Position numbers and translations under genes: made by a program. This document shows positions 17,930 through 28,305 of a stretch of 64,000 nt of DNA, piece by piece. The stretch covers positions 96,001 through 160,000 of the forward strand of contig CBDCTA010000022.1 of the NCBI GenBank assembly GCA_965221955.1, written 5' to 3'. How positions within the stretch are numbered: the first letter of the stretch is position 1; every line of letters starts with the position of its first letter. The notes beneath the pieces were generated by a model, which was given only the letters and a program-made list of their open reading frames with translations, ran no database searches and was not told the DNA's origin. The DNA comes from Gammaproteobacteria bacterium. Its GTDB lineage: Bacteria; Pseudomonadota; Gammaproteobacteria; UBA4575.

Positions 17930-19171
17930 CTACTTAATTACAAACTCTGGATAAGCTTCCATCCCACACTCAGAAAGATCCACCCCATCATATTCGTCCT
18001 CATCACTTACACGGATACCGATAATCATTTTTATAATCATCCATACGATGAAACTTACAACGAATACCCATATAAAGATGGTCGCCGCACCTATTAATTG
18101 ACCAGAGAATGAAGAACCATCATTCGTTACAGGTACAAGTAATAACCCAAACAAACCTACAACACCGTGAACGGATATAGCACCGACCGGATCATCAATT
18201 TTCATTTTGTCTAAACTGATGATACTAAACACAACCAATAGTCCGCCTAGACCACCAAATATAGTTGCCATGAGTGGTGTTGGAGTAGAAGGCTCAGCCG
18301 TGATTGCAACTAGACCTGCTAATGCTCCATTTAATGCCATGGTTAAATCTGCTTTACCAAACATAATTCGCGCAATTATCAGTGCCGCGATCAATCCACC
18401 TGCTGCAGCGGCATTGGTGTTCATAAACACCACTGCGACAGAATTCGCACTTTCAACACTTGCTGTGGCTAAAACCGAACCACCATTAAAACCAAACCAG
18501 CCCAGCCAAAGAATAAAGGTTCCCAAAGTTGCTAACGGTAAGTTCGCACCTGGAATAGCAACAACTTTACCTTCACTGTCATATTTACCTTTACGTGCGC
18601 CGAGCAAAATAACACCTGCTAATGCTGCTGCTGCACCCGCCATATGCACAATTCCCGAACCTGCAAAATCTGAAAATCCGAGGTCACCAAGTGTGTACAT
18701 TCCAAATACTGCTGAGCCGCCCCAAGTCCATGCTCCTTCCATTGGATATATAAATCCTGTCATCACAACAGCAAAAAATAGAAATGCCCAAAGCTTCATA
18801 CGCTCAGCTACTGCGCCCGAAACAATCGACATTGCCGTAGCCACAAATACAACTTGGAAAAAGAAGTCCGCTGATGGTGCATAGGTTGCAGGTTCTTCTG
18901 CACCTGCAACACCATCACCTACTATGCCACTTAAAAACATCGTGAAGTCGCCACCCCCATACATGATGGAATAACCACATACCATATACATGGTGCAAGC
19001 AACTGCATAAAGAGCAATGTTCTTGGTTAAAATTTCTGTTGTGTTTTTGGAACGAACTAAACCTGCTTCTAACATCGCGAAGCCTGCAGCCATCCACATA
19101 ACTAATGCACCACACACTAAAAAATAAAAAGTGTCTAATGCATATTGCAATTCAAATATATTGTTTTCCAC
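17930..19171 (-). CDS. amtB: ammonium transporter
   Basis: DFAGSGIVH, WFGFNGGS, DDPVGAISVHG; follows glnK. Confidence 0.96.
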   Translation of the reverse strand: MENNIFELQYALDTFYFLVCGALVMWMAAGFAMLEAGLVRSKNTTEILTKNIALYAVACTMYMVCGYSIMYGGGDFTMFLSGIVGDGVAGAEEPATYAPSADFFFQVVFVATAMSIVSGAVAERMKLWAFLFFAVVMTGFIYPMEGAWTWGGSAVFGMYTLGDLGFSDFAGSGIVHMAGAAAALAGVILLGARKGKYDSEGKVVAIPGANLPLATLGTFILWLGWFGFNGGSVLATASVESANSVAVVFMNTNAAAAGGLIAALIIARIMFGKADLTMALNGALAGLVAITAEPSTPTPLMATIFGGLGGLLVVFSIISLDKMKIDDPVGAISVHGVVGLFGLLLVPVTNDGSSFSGQLIGAATIFIWVFVVSFIVWMIIKMIIGIRVSDEDEYDGVDLSECGMEAYPEFVIK

Positions 19172-19212
19172 AATTCCCTCCTCAGGAATTTAATTTTTTA
19201 TTTCCAAAGTTT

Positions 19213-19563
<351 letters not shown>

Positions 19564-19635
19564 TTATATAATTTTTAATAATTTTCTATGTTCATAACCG
19601 TGCTAAACCAAATAACACGGCTATGCTCAAGTTGT

Positions 19636-20343
19636 TTAACTGCCACTGCCCCACTTCATGATGTCAAAACTTCGGTGAATACCAACATAAGCTTGAGTTT
19701 CATCTTCATCACCACCGCTAGTTGCAGCACCATCAAGAATATCCGCATCGGTATACACAACTGCAGCCGTCATATCGAAACCAGCTACCTCAAACCCATA
19801 ACCAAATTCGAAATAACTACCTAGATCATCCTCAGCATCATCGTCGAATCGACCATAGGTGAGATAAACACCATTCCAGCCGACTGTTGCTGCATAGAAG
19901 TCATAGTTGTCTCCATCTGAAAACTCACCGTTGTATTCCCCTGGTGAAAATTCAAAGTCAACAGACCAAACATCATTCGACCAACCTGCATACACATTTA
20001 CCTCGTTGTATTCCGCATCAAAATTGTCTGAATACTGATATGTGGTATAACCCGCGCCTAAATACATGCCATTGGCAAACTCATGCACATAGCCACCATA
20101 AACGTCATATTCAACCCCTGAATCAACATCGGCGATCCAGGTACCTAAATAAAATCCACCAACTTCTAAATCCACACCGCCATTGCCGGATGAGTCATTT
20201 TGTGGAATACCACGATAAATATAGTCAGACAGGATCCCTGCATTACCCGAAAGAGTGGTTTCTGCAGAAGCAGTAGTTGCAAACACTGCGGTGCTTGTAG
20301 CTAAAACAGCTGCTAGAGACAGTGTCTGTAATTTCTTATTCAT
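19636..20343 (-). CDS. TorF/Gcw_chp (TIGR02001-like) putative outer-membrane porin
   Basis: Signal peptide, SDYIYRGIPQ, GFYLGTW, EYDVYGGY beta-strand motifs; first gene of the glnK-amtB operon. Confidence 0.85.
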   Translation of the reverse strand: MNKKLQTLSLAAVLATSTAVFATTASAETTLSGNAGILSDYIYRGIPQNDSSGNGGVDLEVGGFYLGTWIADVDSGVEYDVYGGYVHEFANGMYLGAGYTTYQYSDNFDAEYNEVNVYAGWSNDVWSVDFEFSPGEYNGEFSDGDNYDFYAATVGWNGVYLTYGRFDDDAEDDLGSYFEFGYGFEVAGFDMTAAVVYTDADILDGAATSGGDEDETQAYVGIHRSFDIMKWGSGS

Positions 20344-20393
20344 TTAATTTTCCTCCCTTATAAAAAGGCGTTGTTTTACGTCAGCGTTGTTAT

Positions 20394-20410
20394 TGCATGT
20401 GCCGTGCCAA
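20394..20410 (-). promoter_or_regulatory. sigma54 promoter
   Basis: Minus strand TTGGCACGGCACATGCA = GG-N10-GC -24/-12 consensus. Confidence 0.88.
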
Positions 20411-20456
20411 TTTTTTATTTCATGCAAAACAATGACTTATAAATTTAAATAAAAGA

Positions 20457-20507
20457 TGTACTAAAATATTGCACCGAGATATCACTATCATGCGCTTTAA
20501 TGGTGCA
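20457..20507. promoter_or_regulatory. paired NtrC enhancer sites
   Basis: TGTACTAAAATATTGCA (20457-20473) and TGCGCTTTAATGGTGCA (20491-20507), 17-bp TGCAC-N7-GTGCA type, 34 bp apart; IHF-like AAACAATGACTTA lies between them and the promoter. Confidence 0.75.
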
Positions 20508-20562
20508 CTGAATTTACGCAGGATTCCGTTACACTAGGAAGCTGTATTTAAGGAGTTATAGG

Positions 20563-20832
20563 ATGAAAATAAATACTGAAGCTTTGGATCAAGCAGTAAC
20601 TGAAATTGTGAGTAAAATAAGTGCTGCAATTCCTGAAGATTTGAAAAGTGCAAAACAGGGACTGGAAAAAAATGCACGCGCAACGGTTGAGGGGGCATTC
20701 CAACGGTTAGATCTTGTTACTCGTGAAGAATTTGATGTGCAAGTGATGTTGTTATCAAAAAGCCAACAACGAGTAAAAGAACTAGAACAACGTCTCAGTC
20801 AACTAGAAGAAAAAATTAAAAACACATCATAG
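20563..20832 (+). CDS. ubiK: ubiquinone biosynthesis accessory factor UbiK (BMFP/YqiC)
   Basis: LDLVTREEFDVQ motif plus C-terminal coiled coil; glnK/ubiK/comM synteny. Confidence 0.92.
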   Translation: MKINTEALDQAVTEIVSKISAAIPEDLKSAKQGLEKNARATVEGAFQRLDLVTREEFDVQVMLLSKSQQRVKELEQRLSQLEEKIKNTS

Positions 20833-20846
20833 AAAAATAACGACAA

Positions 20847-22361
20847 ATGAGTCTTGCTACTGTCTATTCCCGTGCACAAACGGGCATGGAAGCACCTTTA
20901 GTTACAGTGGAAGTAGACCTTTCCAATGGTTTACCAGGTTTGTCTATCGTTGGTTTACCCGAAGCCGCAGTTAAAGAAAGTAAAGATCGCGTACGTGCAG
21001 CATTACTAAATTCTGGATTTGAATTTCCAAGTCGACGAATTACAGTAAATCTTGCACCAGCCGACTTACCCAAAGAAGGCGGCCGATTCGATTTACCGAT
21101 TGCTTTAGGCGTTCTTGCAGCATCTAAACAACTACCACAAGACGCTTTAGCATCTAATGAATTTATTGGCGAACTAAGTTTAAGTGGCAAGTTACGTGCT
21201 GTGCACGGTGTGTTACCTGCTGCAGTCGCCAGTCATAAGCAAAAACGTTCTATTGTCGTTCCAATTGAAAATGGTAGTGAAGCACTTTTAGCAAAACAGA
21301 CTACCGTGTTCGCTACAAAAAATTTACTAGAGCTCTGTGCACATCTTTCTACACAAGAATTAATATCTCCTTACGCAAACGGCATCGAAACTAAAAATAG
21401 AACTGAGGTGTTAGATCTTCGTGATGTAAGAGGACAGCATCATGCTAAGCGTGCCTTAGAAGTTGCTGCAGCGGGATTTCATAATATGTTAATGGTAGGT
21501 TCTCCGGGTAGCGGTAAAACTATGCTAGCCAGTCGCTTACCGGGTATTTTGCCGCCTCTCACTGAAGAAGAAGCCATCGAGTCCGCAACCATTTATTCTA
21601 TCAGTCATGCGGGCTTCAGCCATGAGCAATGGGGCACAAGACCCTTTCGTGCACCACATCATACCGCCTCGGGTGTAGCACTGGTGGGTGGAGGTTCTTT
21701 TCCTATGCCTGGTGAAATTTCTTTAGCACATTATGGTGTATTGTTTTTAGATGAATTAACGGAGTTTGATCGACGTGTATTAGAAGTGCTTCGCGAACCA
21801 TTAGAAACGGGAAACATTGCAATTTCACGTGCTGCAAGACAAGTACAATTCCCAGCACGATTCCAAATGATTGCTGCAATGAATCCCTGCCCACAAGGAT
21901 GTGACATTGACATTAATGGCAACTGTGCATGTACCCCAGAACAGATTCGCCGTTATCGTGGACGCATTTCTGCTCCCTTACTCGATCGCATTGATATTCA
22001 TATCGATGTGCCACGTGTGGCTAAAGAACAGTTACGACAAAAAACATCTAACAACAGTGAATCCAGCGCAGAAGTACAACAAAGAGTGTGTGCAGCACGT
22101 GAGTTGCAATTGCAACGTCAGCAAAAACCTAATGCATATATGACAAACAAAGAAATTGAAAAATTTTGTTTGCTTACAGAGGACTGCGAGAAACTTATGG
22201 ATAAAGCGTTTGAGCAGTTAGGTCTATCTGCACGTGGTTATCACCGCACACTGAAACTTGCACGCACGATTGCAGATTTAGAACAGGTAGAAAATATTCA
22301 AACCAATCACCTCAGTGAGGCGATTGGTTATCGGCAGTATGATCGGCTATTAAACAAATAG
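20847..22361 (+). CDS. comM: YifB/ComM Mg-chelatase-like AAA+ ATPase
   Basis: ITVNLAPADLPKEGGRFDLPIA, GSPGSGKT, PHHTAS, LFLDE, LLDRID. Confidence 0.95.
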   Translation: MSLATVYSRAQTGMEAPLVTVEVDLSNGLPGLSIVGLPEAAVKESKDRVRAALLNSGFEFPSRRITVNLAPADLPKEGGRFDLPIALGVLAASKQLPQDALASNEFIGELSLSGKLRAVHGVLPAAVASHKQKRSIVVPIENGSEALLAKQTTVFATKNLLELCAHLSTQELISPYANGIETKNRTEVLDLRDVRGQHHAKRALEVAAAGFHNMLMVGSPGSGKTMLASRLPGILPPLTEEEAIESATIYSISHAGFSHEQWGTRPFRAPHHTASGVALVGGGSFPMPGEISLAHYGVLFLDELTEFDRRVLEVLREPLETGNIAISRAARQVQFPARFQMIAAMNPCPQGCDIDINGNCACTPEQIRRYRGRISAPLLDRIDIHIDVPRVAKEQLRQKTSNNSESSAEVQQRVCAARELQLQRQQKPNAYMTNKEIEKFCLLTEDCEKLMDKAFEQLGLSARGYHRTLKLARTIADLEQVENIQTNHLSEAIGYRQYDRLLNK

Positions 22362-22374
22362 GTCAGCGATAATA

Positions 22375-22863
22375 TTACTTAACAGACTCCAGCATATAAT
22401 CAACGACCTTCTTGATGTCGTCATCAGAATAGTCCGCTCGACCACCTTTAGCTGGCATTGCGCCAATACCATTTATCGCACTTGCATAAAGTGCATCTGC
22501 ATCTTTTGATAATCTCGCTCCCCAACTCGCTTTATCGCCAACTTTAGGAGCATTGAGTACACCTGCGTCATGGCACGCAGCACACGCAGTATAAAGTTCC
22601 TCAGCGCTCTTAGCCGCACCGACATCATTCGCTGCTACCGTGTCGGTATCTCCGTCTTCACTTGCGTTAACCGGTGTAACGCCATTGATCGCTAAAGTAC
22701 CAATAGGTTTGACTCGATCCTTAATATTGCCTTGTACTAAATTATCATCAGAATAATCTGCACTTGGCAAAAGAACATTAGCGACTACCATAATAACTAC
22801 TGTAAACGCGACTAGCACTCCCAGTATCATCATCATTGTCGTTGCAAACTGATTGTCCTTCAC
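22375..22863 (-). CDS. cytochrome c5
   Basis: N-terminal TM, RVKPIG, CAACH, AMPAKGG. Confidence 0.92.
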   Translation of the reverse strand: MKDNQFATTMMMILGVLVAFTVVIMVVANVLLPSADYSDDNLVQGNIKDRVKPIGTLAINGVTPVNASEDGDTDTVAANDVGAAKSAEELYTACAACHDAGVLNAPKVGDKASWGARLSKDADALYASAINGIGAMPAKGGRADYSDDDIKKVVDYMLESVK

Positions 22864-22960
22864 ACAAACTCCTAATATGTTGTTGGTTCCTGTCTTAAAC
22901 GCTGCGGATTATAGTGAATGAGTGATACGAAACCAATTACCTATAGCAGTTATATTTAGG

Positions 22961-22987
22961 TCAATTTCTAGATAGAAGGGCCGATAC
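22961..22987 (+). promoter_or_regulatory. putative sigma28 (FliA)-type promoter
   Basis: TCAATTTC-N11-GCCGATAC versus consensus TAAAGTTT-N11-GCCGATAA. Confidence 0.45.
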
Positions 22988-23029
22988 CTTTGCCATAAAC
23001 CCTAACAATTCAATCAATCCGGACAGAAT

Positions 23030-24859
23030 ATGCCTTTCCCAGCCAACCCTGATCCCCATGCTATTGGTATTTTGGTATTAACCATAATCGCTCTAGTCTT
23101 ATTTACACGGGAGAACATACCCCTAGAAACCTCTAGCTTATTAGTGATCGCAATTTTGGCGGTAGGATTTGAGTTGTTCCCCTATCAGTATGATGGGCGT
23201 GAACTTCACTCCATTGATCTATTCTCTGGCTTTGGCCACGAAGCCCTGATCGCAGTCTGTGCATTGATGATTGCAGGTCAAGCTTTGGTGCGTACTGGAG
23301 CACTGGAACCAATCGGAAGATCACTCGCCAAGCTTTGGCGAATTAGCCCAATGATTTCTTTGTTGATTACACTACTGATAGGTGCCGTGCTAAGTGCATT
23401 CGTCAACAACACACCGGTTGTAGTGTTATTACTACCGATTTTAATTAGCGTTTCTTTGCGTACCAATCGCTCACCTTCGAGTGTATTAATGCCAATGGGA
23501 TTTGCCACACTCGTTGGCGGTATGTGCACCACGATTGGCACTTCAACTAATTTATTAGTGGTTTCGGTTGCAGCAGACATGGGTGTGGAAAAATTTTCCA
23601 TGTTTGATTTCTTACTTCCTGCAAGCATCGCTTCTGTAATCGGCATTACCTACTTATGGTTGATCGCACCACTATTGGTTTCTGAACGAGAAACACCATT
23701 AGACGATAGTTCCCCTCGTGTCTTTCTTGCACAACTACACATTTCCGAAGACAGCCGCTCAGTTGGAAAAACACTTGCACAATTGATCAAAAAAACCAAC
23801 GGAGTAATGAAAATCGAAAAAATACAACGTGGTGAAGATACTTATCTTTCTTTATTGCCAGATGTAGAAATTAAAGCCGGTGATCGTTTATTCGTTAGTG
23901 ATACACCGAAAGAACTCAAAGAGTATGAAGAAGTGCTTGATGCAACTTTGTATTCCGACAATGAACCCATCGATGGTGAAAATCTTGCTTCTACCTCACA
24001 ACAACAACTCGCAGAAATTGTTGTTTCACAAGGAACACCTTTAGAAGGTACAACGCTGTCACGTTTACGCTTTAATGATCGCTATCAACTTATACCCTTA
24101 GCGATTCATCATGCGGGCAAAACTATCGACACACTGCATTCTGGCTTGCGCGAAGTATGGTTACATACTGGCGATATTATTTTGGTGCAAGGCAAAGCGG
24201 ACGCTTTAAAAAAACTCAAACAAAGTGGTGAACTATTAGTATTAGATTCAACTGAAAATCTTCCTCACTCAGAAAAAGCTCCTCTGGCTTTACTCATCAT
24301 GATTGGCATCGTTGTTACAGCTGCGCTTGGTATTCTACCCATCGCAATTAGTGCAGTATGTGGAGTGTTATTACTCGTTGCTACGGGTTGTTTAAATTGG
24401 CGCGAATCTACACAAGCGTTAAGCCCGCCTATTGTTCTCATTGTAGTGGCAAGTTTAGCGATGGGTTCTGCATTATTAATCACCGGAGGTACTGAATACT
24501 TAGCAAGTGTTTTCCTTTACCTTACTGCCGGCGCAAGTGCCCCTATAGTATTAAGTGGTCTAATGTTACTCATGGCATTACTTACCAACATTGTATCGAA
24601 CAACGCAGCCGCGGTAATCGGTACGCCGGTGGCCGTCAGTATTGCGCAACAACTTGATCAACCTGCAGCGCCTTTTATTTTAGCTGTGCTATTTGGCGCC
24701 AATATGAGTTACATCACGCCCATGGCATATAAAACCAATCTGTTAGTTATGAATGCAGGGGGATATAAATTTATGGACTTTGTAAAAGTGGGCACGCCAC
24801 TCACGATTATTATGTGGCTGAGTTATTCATGGTTATTACCATGGATTTATGAGTTGTAA
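23030..24859 (+). CDS. SLC13/DASS family permease with two TrkA-C domains
   Basis: SAFVNNTPVV, GTSTNLLV, central TrkA-C repeats, SNNAAA, GGYKFMDFVKVG. Confidence 0.9.
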   Translation: MPFPANPDPHAIGILVLTIIALVLFTRENIPLETSSLLVIAILAVGFELFPYQYDGRELHSIDLFSGFGHEALIAVCALMIAGQALVRTGALEPIGRSLAKLWRISPMISLLITLLIGAVLSAFVNNTPVVVLLLPILISVSLRTNRSPSSVLMPMGFATLVGGMCTTIGTSTNLLVVSVAADMGVEKFSMFDFLLPASIASVIGITYLWLIAPLLVSERETPLDDSSPRVFLAQLHISEDSRSVGKTLAQLIKKTNGVMKIEKIQRGEDTYLSLLPDVEIKAGDRLFVSDTPKELKEYEEVLDATLYSDNEPIDGENLASTSQQQLAEIVVSQGTPLEGTTLSRLRFNDRYQLIPLAIHHAGKTIDTLHSGLREVWLHTGDIILVQGKADALKKLKQSGELLVLDSTENLPHSEKAPLALLIMIGIVVTAALGILPIAISAVCGVLLLVATGCLNWRESTQALSPPIVLIVVASLAMGSALLITGGTEYLASVFLYLTAGASAPIVLSGLMLLMALLTNIVSNNAAAVIGTPVAVSIAQQLDQPAAPFILAVLFGANMSYITPMAYKTNLLVMNAGGYKFMDFVKVGTPLTIIMWLSYSWLLPWIYEL

Positions 24860-24990
24860 CTCACTCTGTTTATCATTCACCGTGTCACTCATCCAGTTTA
24901 ATAAATCTCTTATACCTTTAAATATGCCTATCAGCAGTCTGCTGGAATAAAATTGAATTTTGATTAATATGGCTACAAGGAATTACCCAT

Positions 24991-25485
24991 ATGTTTTCGC
25001 TGCTACGCACAATTATTTTAATTCTACTCTGTTCATACTTACTACTTGCCTGTGCGCATTCCTCTAAACATCATGAAAGATCTGTCGAAAAAGCTACCCA
25101 AACTTCAAAACCAATAAGTCAGGGACAACAAATTGCTGATTTAGCACAATCTTTATTAGGCAGTCCATATAAATATGGTGGCACAACACCAAATGGATTT
25201 GATTGCAGTGGCTTGGTGCATTACACACATAGGAAATTTGGTATTCACACACCACGCACTTCATTACAGCAATTTAAGCACGCGAGAAGTATTAGGCTAA
25301 GCGAATTAGACTCAGGTGATGTGGTGTTTTTTAAGTTAAGTAGAAATAATGTTTCTCATGTAGGAATTTACGTAGGTAATGGCCGTTTTGTTCACGCACC
25401 CAAAAGTGGGAAACGTGTCGCAATTAATCATTTAAACGATGACTATTGGCGACCACGCATTGTTAGCGGGGGACGCTTCTATTAG
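24991..25485 (+). CDS. NlpC/P60 (C40) lipoprotein peptidase
   Basis: LLAC lipobox, GSPYKYGG, FDCSGLV, HVGIY, FVHAP. Confidence 0.94.
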   Translation: MFSLLRTIILILLCSYLLLACAHSSKHHERSVEKATQTSKPISQGQQIADLAQSLLGSPYKYGGTTPNGFDCSGLVHYTHRKFGIHTPRTSLQQFKHARSIRLSELDSGDVVFFKLSRNNVSHVGIYVGNGRFVHAPKSGKRVAINHLNDDYWRPRIVSGGRFY

Positions 25486-25614
25486 TAGAAATTTACAATA
25501 GTTACCCCACCTATCCTTTTAGCAGTTCCTCCTATCTCAATCGACGAAATTTCTAGCTAATTTGGCCGATACACTATTTGAACCTTTTTCATGGATGTAA
25601 CAAGGTAAAATAAC

Positions 25615-25761
25615 TTGGACACGGAAGTAAGACATACTGTTCGTAAAATTTTCGAACATTTAAGAAAGCAACAACCAAAAATGCGGCCACGCGAAAGCGA
25701 CCGTATTAATGTTGACCAAATGCTTAAAGATCATCGCGAGCGCGAAAACCGATCAGACTAA
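25615..25761 (+). CDS. small charged protein (48 aa, not in ORF track)
   Basis: AAGGT SD, TTG start; MDTEVRHTVRKIFEHLRKQQPKMRPRESDRINVDQMLKDHRERENRSD; sigma28-like GAAATTTC-N11-GCCGATAC at 25546-25572. Confidence 0.5.
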   Translation: MDTEVRHTVRKIFEHLRKQQPKMRPRESDRINVDQMLKDHRERENRSD

Positions 25762-25774
25762 AAAATTCTCAATT

Positions 25775-26485
25775 CTATTCAGCAGCGGCTTCTGCTGTAG
25801 AGGCTTGCGCAGCAGAACTCGATTCTTGCTCGACCAACATATCTACCACGCGTAACAAATTTTCGTAACTACCGGCATCACTTGCTGAGGTACGATACTT
25901 TCCATTGATGATGACTTGCGGCACGGAACTCACCCCATACTGTCGCACTACTTGATCTGCACGCTTAATCTTAGTTTCTACATACATAGAATTGTAAGCA
26001 CTTTTAAATTTTTCTACATCGACTTCATGCTGAGATAAAAATCTTGCCATAGATTCAACATCTCGAAGGCGTCTTCCTTGTGTATGAATTGCTTCGAAAA
26101 ATACAGGATGAATCCTTTCTAGCTCGCCCATGGTTTCAAGCGCATAAAATGCTCTAGCGTGTGTAACCCATCCTCGATTTAACACTGCGGGCACACGCAT
26201 AAAGCTAACATCTTCAGACATGGTTTCTTTCCAGCTAACTATATGTGGCTCAAAATCAAAACAGTGAGGACATCCGTACCAAAAGATTTCCAATACTTCG
26301 ACTTTGCCTTCTTCAACATTAGTCGGTACCGCAGGAGTAATTCTGTGGTAATGCTTACCTTCTAGAAGATTCGTTACTGGAGCATGGTTATGGCCATCTT
26401 TTGCATTGACGGTGAATAACGACAGCAACAATGACGACAAAAAAATCAGGGTCAAAAAAATACCAAGTGATTTAAGCATATTCAT
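25775..26485 (-). CDS. dsbA: thiol:disulfide interchange protein DsbA
   Basis: EIFWYGCPHC, cis-Pro VP in SSVPQVIINGKY, signal peptide; c4-dsbA synteny. Confidence 0.93.
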   Translation of the reverse strand: MNMLKSLGIFLTLIFLSSLLLSLFTVNAKDGHNHAPVTNLLEGKHYHRITPAVPTNVEEGKVEVLEIFWYGCPHCFDFEPHIVSWKETMSEDVSFMRVPAVLNRGWVTHARAFYALETMGELERIHPVFFEAIHTQGRRLRDVESMARFLSQHEVDVEKFKSAYNSMYVETKIKRADQVVRQYGVSSVPQVIINGKYRTSASDAGSYENLLRVVDMLVEQESSSAAQASTAEAAAE

Positions 26486-26516
26486 ATTCTTGTTATGTAG
26501 AGTATTGGTTACCTAG

Positions 26517-26543
26517 TTTGACACCCTATATGAACACGAGTTC
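26517..26543 (-). promoter_or_regulatory. sigmaE/AlgU-type promoter for dsbA
   Basis: Minus strand GAACTC-N16-TCAAA. Confidence 0.6.
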
Positions 26544-26611
26544 TATCAGATCTAGTTCAAATTAAAGGCATGTACAAAGCTTATTTACCGTTTATCCCTT
26601 AAAAATCTAAA

Positions 26612-27253
26612 TTAATGCAGTCCAGCAATATATTCTGCAACGGCATCAATTTCAGTATCGCTGAGATAAGTTGCAATTTCTTTCATCATGTTCAAATTAT
26701 CATCAGGTTGATAACGAGCACCACTACGATAAGCCCTTAGTTGTGCTGCGGTATATACAGCGTGCTGACCTGCAAGCTGTGGAAATTTTGCTGGGCCGTT
26801 ACCGGTACCATCGGGCGCATGACATGACATACATGCAGGTACACCGGTTTCAAGATTGCCGCCACGATAAATTCTTTCGCCAATGGCATACAACTTTTCA
26901 CCCTGGAATTCTTTATCTGGATCTGCACTGCCTACGTTTGCCTGCTGACTAGAATAATAAGCGGCTAAATCATGCATATCTTGTTCTGATAAATTTTCAG
27001 CTTGAGGATTCATTAATGTGTTAATACGAATTTTCTCTTTGAATAATTGCAGTTGGTCGATTAGGTACTTCTCGCCTTGAGCAGCCAAATTAGGCCAAGC
27101 TGGATTCACACTAACTCCAGCTACGCCATGACATGCAGCACAGGGTGCTGATTTTTGTTTACCTGCTTCTGGATCGCCCGCAGCATGGGCCGTTGCGAAA
27201 ACTCCTGCGACATAAATTAGTGCCACAATATGCAAACAATAGAATCTCTTCAT
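26612..27253 (-). CDS. diheme cytochrome c4
   Basis: Signal peptide, CAACH and CMSCH, PNLAAQ/PQLAGQ; divergent from engB. Confidence 0.94.
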   Translation of the reverse strand: MKRFYCLHIVALIYVAGVFATAHAAGDPEAGKQKSAPCAACHGVAGVSVNPAWPNLAAQGEKYLIDQLQLFKEKIRINTLMNPQAENLSEQDMHDLAAYYSSQQANVGSADPDKEFQGEKLYAIGERIYRGGNLETGVPACMSCHAPDGTGNGPAKFPQLAGQHAVYTAAQLRAYRSGARYQPDDNLNMMKEIATYLSDTEIDAVAEYIAGLH

Positions 27254-27548
27254 GTATAGAATCCTTACTACAGATATTAATAATTTTGGTGAATTAAGCT
27301 TTGTTCTTTATCCACAATTTGGCCTGATTATACTGTCCATTTCTACAGCTCTTCTTCTACATCGATAATCTAGATGTTAAAGCTTAATCGAAGCGAAACA
27401 TGGTATAGCATAAAGCCCTAAAGGCCGCAAAATAGCTACTCCCTTTAGTGGGCATAATTGTTCAGCTCAATCACGTTAAAATCTATCTTACTTACTGAAT
27501 ACCCAAGCAAAAATCTACCATTCAAATCCTCTATTCAACAGAAGCATC

Positions 27549-28163
27549 ATGAGCACATCTCTTTCCAAAGCCCAATTTCTACGCAGTGCTTCTGCAGAAA
27601 AAGACTTTCCAAATGACATCAGAGCTGAAATAGCGTTTTGCGGACGCTCCAATGCGGGTAAATCCAGTGCCATCAATGCCTTGTGCAGACAAAACAATCT
27701 TGCACGTACCAGCAAAACTCCAGGCCGAACCCAGTTAATCAATTTTTTCAAATTAGATGGAGATTCTTGCTTGGTCGATCTTCCCGGCTATGGCTATGCC
27801 AAAGCACCCGCTAAAGTTCAGCAAAAATGGCAACGACTAATGGAAACCTACCTCACTCACCGGCAAGCGCTATGTGGCTTAGTCTTACTTATGGACATCC
27901 GTCATCCACTTACAGAAATTGACTGGACCATGATTCGCTGGAGCGATTATTACCAACTTCCGATGTACATCTTGCTCACTAAAGCAGATAAGGTAAATCG
28001 CAACCATACAGTCAAAACCATGACATTAGTGACTTCAAAGCTTGAACAGAAAGGGTTTGATTGTGGAGTTCAGACTTTCTCAGCCACTAAACAAATTGGC
28101 CTCAGCCAGGCTCAGAACAAGATTGTTGATTGGCTAAACTCAGCGCTGACTAACGAAAATTAG
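27549..28163 (+). CDS. engB: ribosome biogenesis GTPase YihA/YsxC
   Basis: GRSNAGKSS, SKTPGRTQLINFF, DLPGYG, TKAD. Confidence 0.97.
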   Translation: MSTSLSKAQFLRSASAEKDFPNDIRAEIAFCGRSNAGKSSAINALCRQNNLARTSKTPGRTQLINFFKLDGDSCLVDLPGYGYAKAPAKVQQKWQRLMETYLTHRQALCGLVLLMDIRHPLTEIDWTMIRWSDYYQLPMYILLTKADKVNRNHTVKTMTLVTSKLEQKGFDCGVQTFSATKQIGLSQAQNKIVDWLNSALTNEN

Positions 28164-28176
28164 CCCTCATATCTCC

Positions 28177-28300
28177 TATACGCTGAGATTTTGCTTTCAG
28201 CTGAGGCAAAAATGCACACAGGCATGGGGAAGTTTACTAGTTGTAAATGACCGACCGAGCACATTTTTAACGCTGTATGAAAGTAAAAGATCAGGCCTAT
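28177..28300. repeat. ERIC-like palindromic miniature element
   Basis: Nested inverted arms TTTTGCTTTCA/TGAAAGTAAAA and AAAAATG/CATTTTT around a core TTTAC-TAGTT-GTAAATGAC like the ERIC core CTTACATAAGTAAGTGAC; TA-rich ends. Confidence 0.5.
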
Positions 28301-28305
28301 GTTAG

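Noticed and set aside
18207-18884. 225-aa ORF antisense to amtB (and similar shadow ORFs across the window)
   Set aside because: Antisense or alternate-frame shadows of well-supported genes
27308-27316. Single TTATCCACA between cytochrome c4 and engB
   Set aside because: One isolated 9-mer in AT-rich DNA; no supporting sites, could be chance
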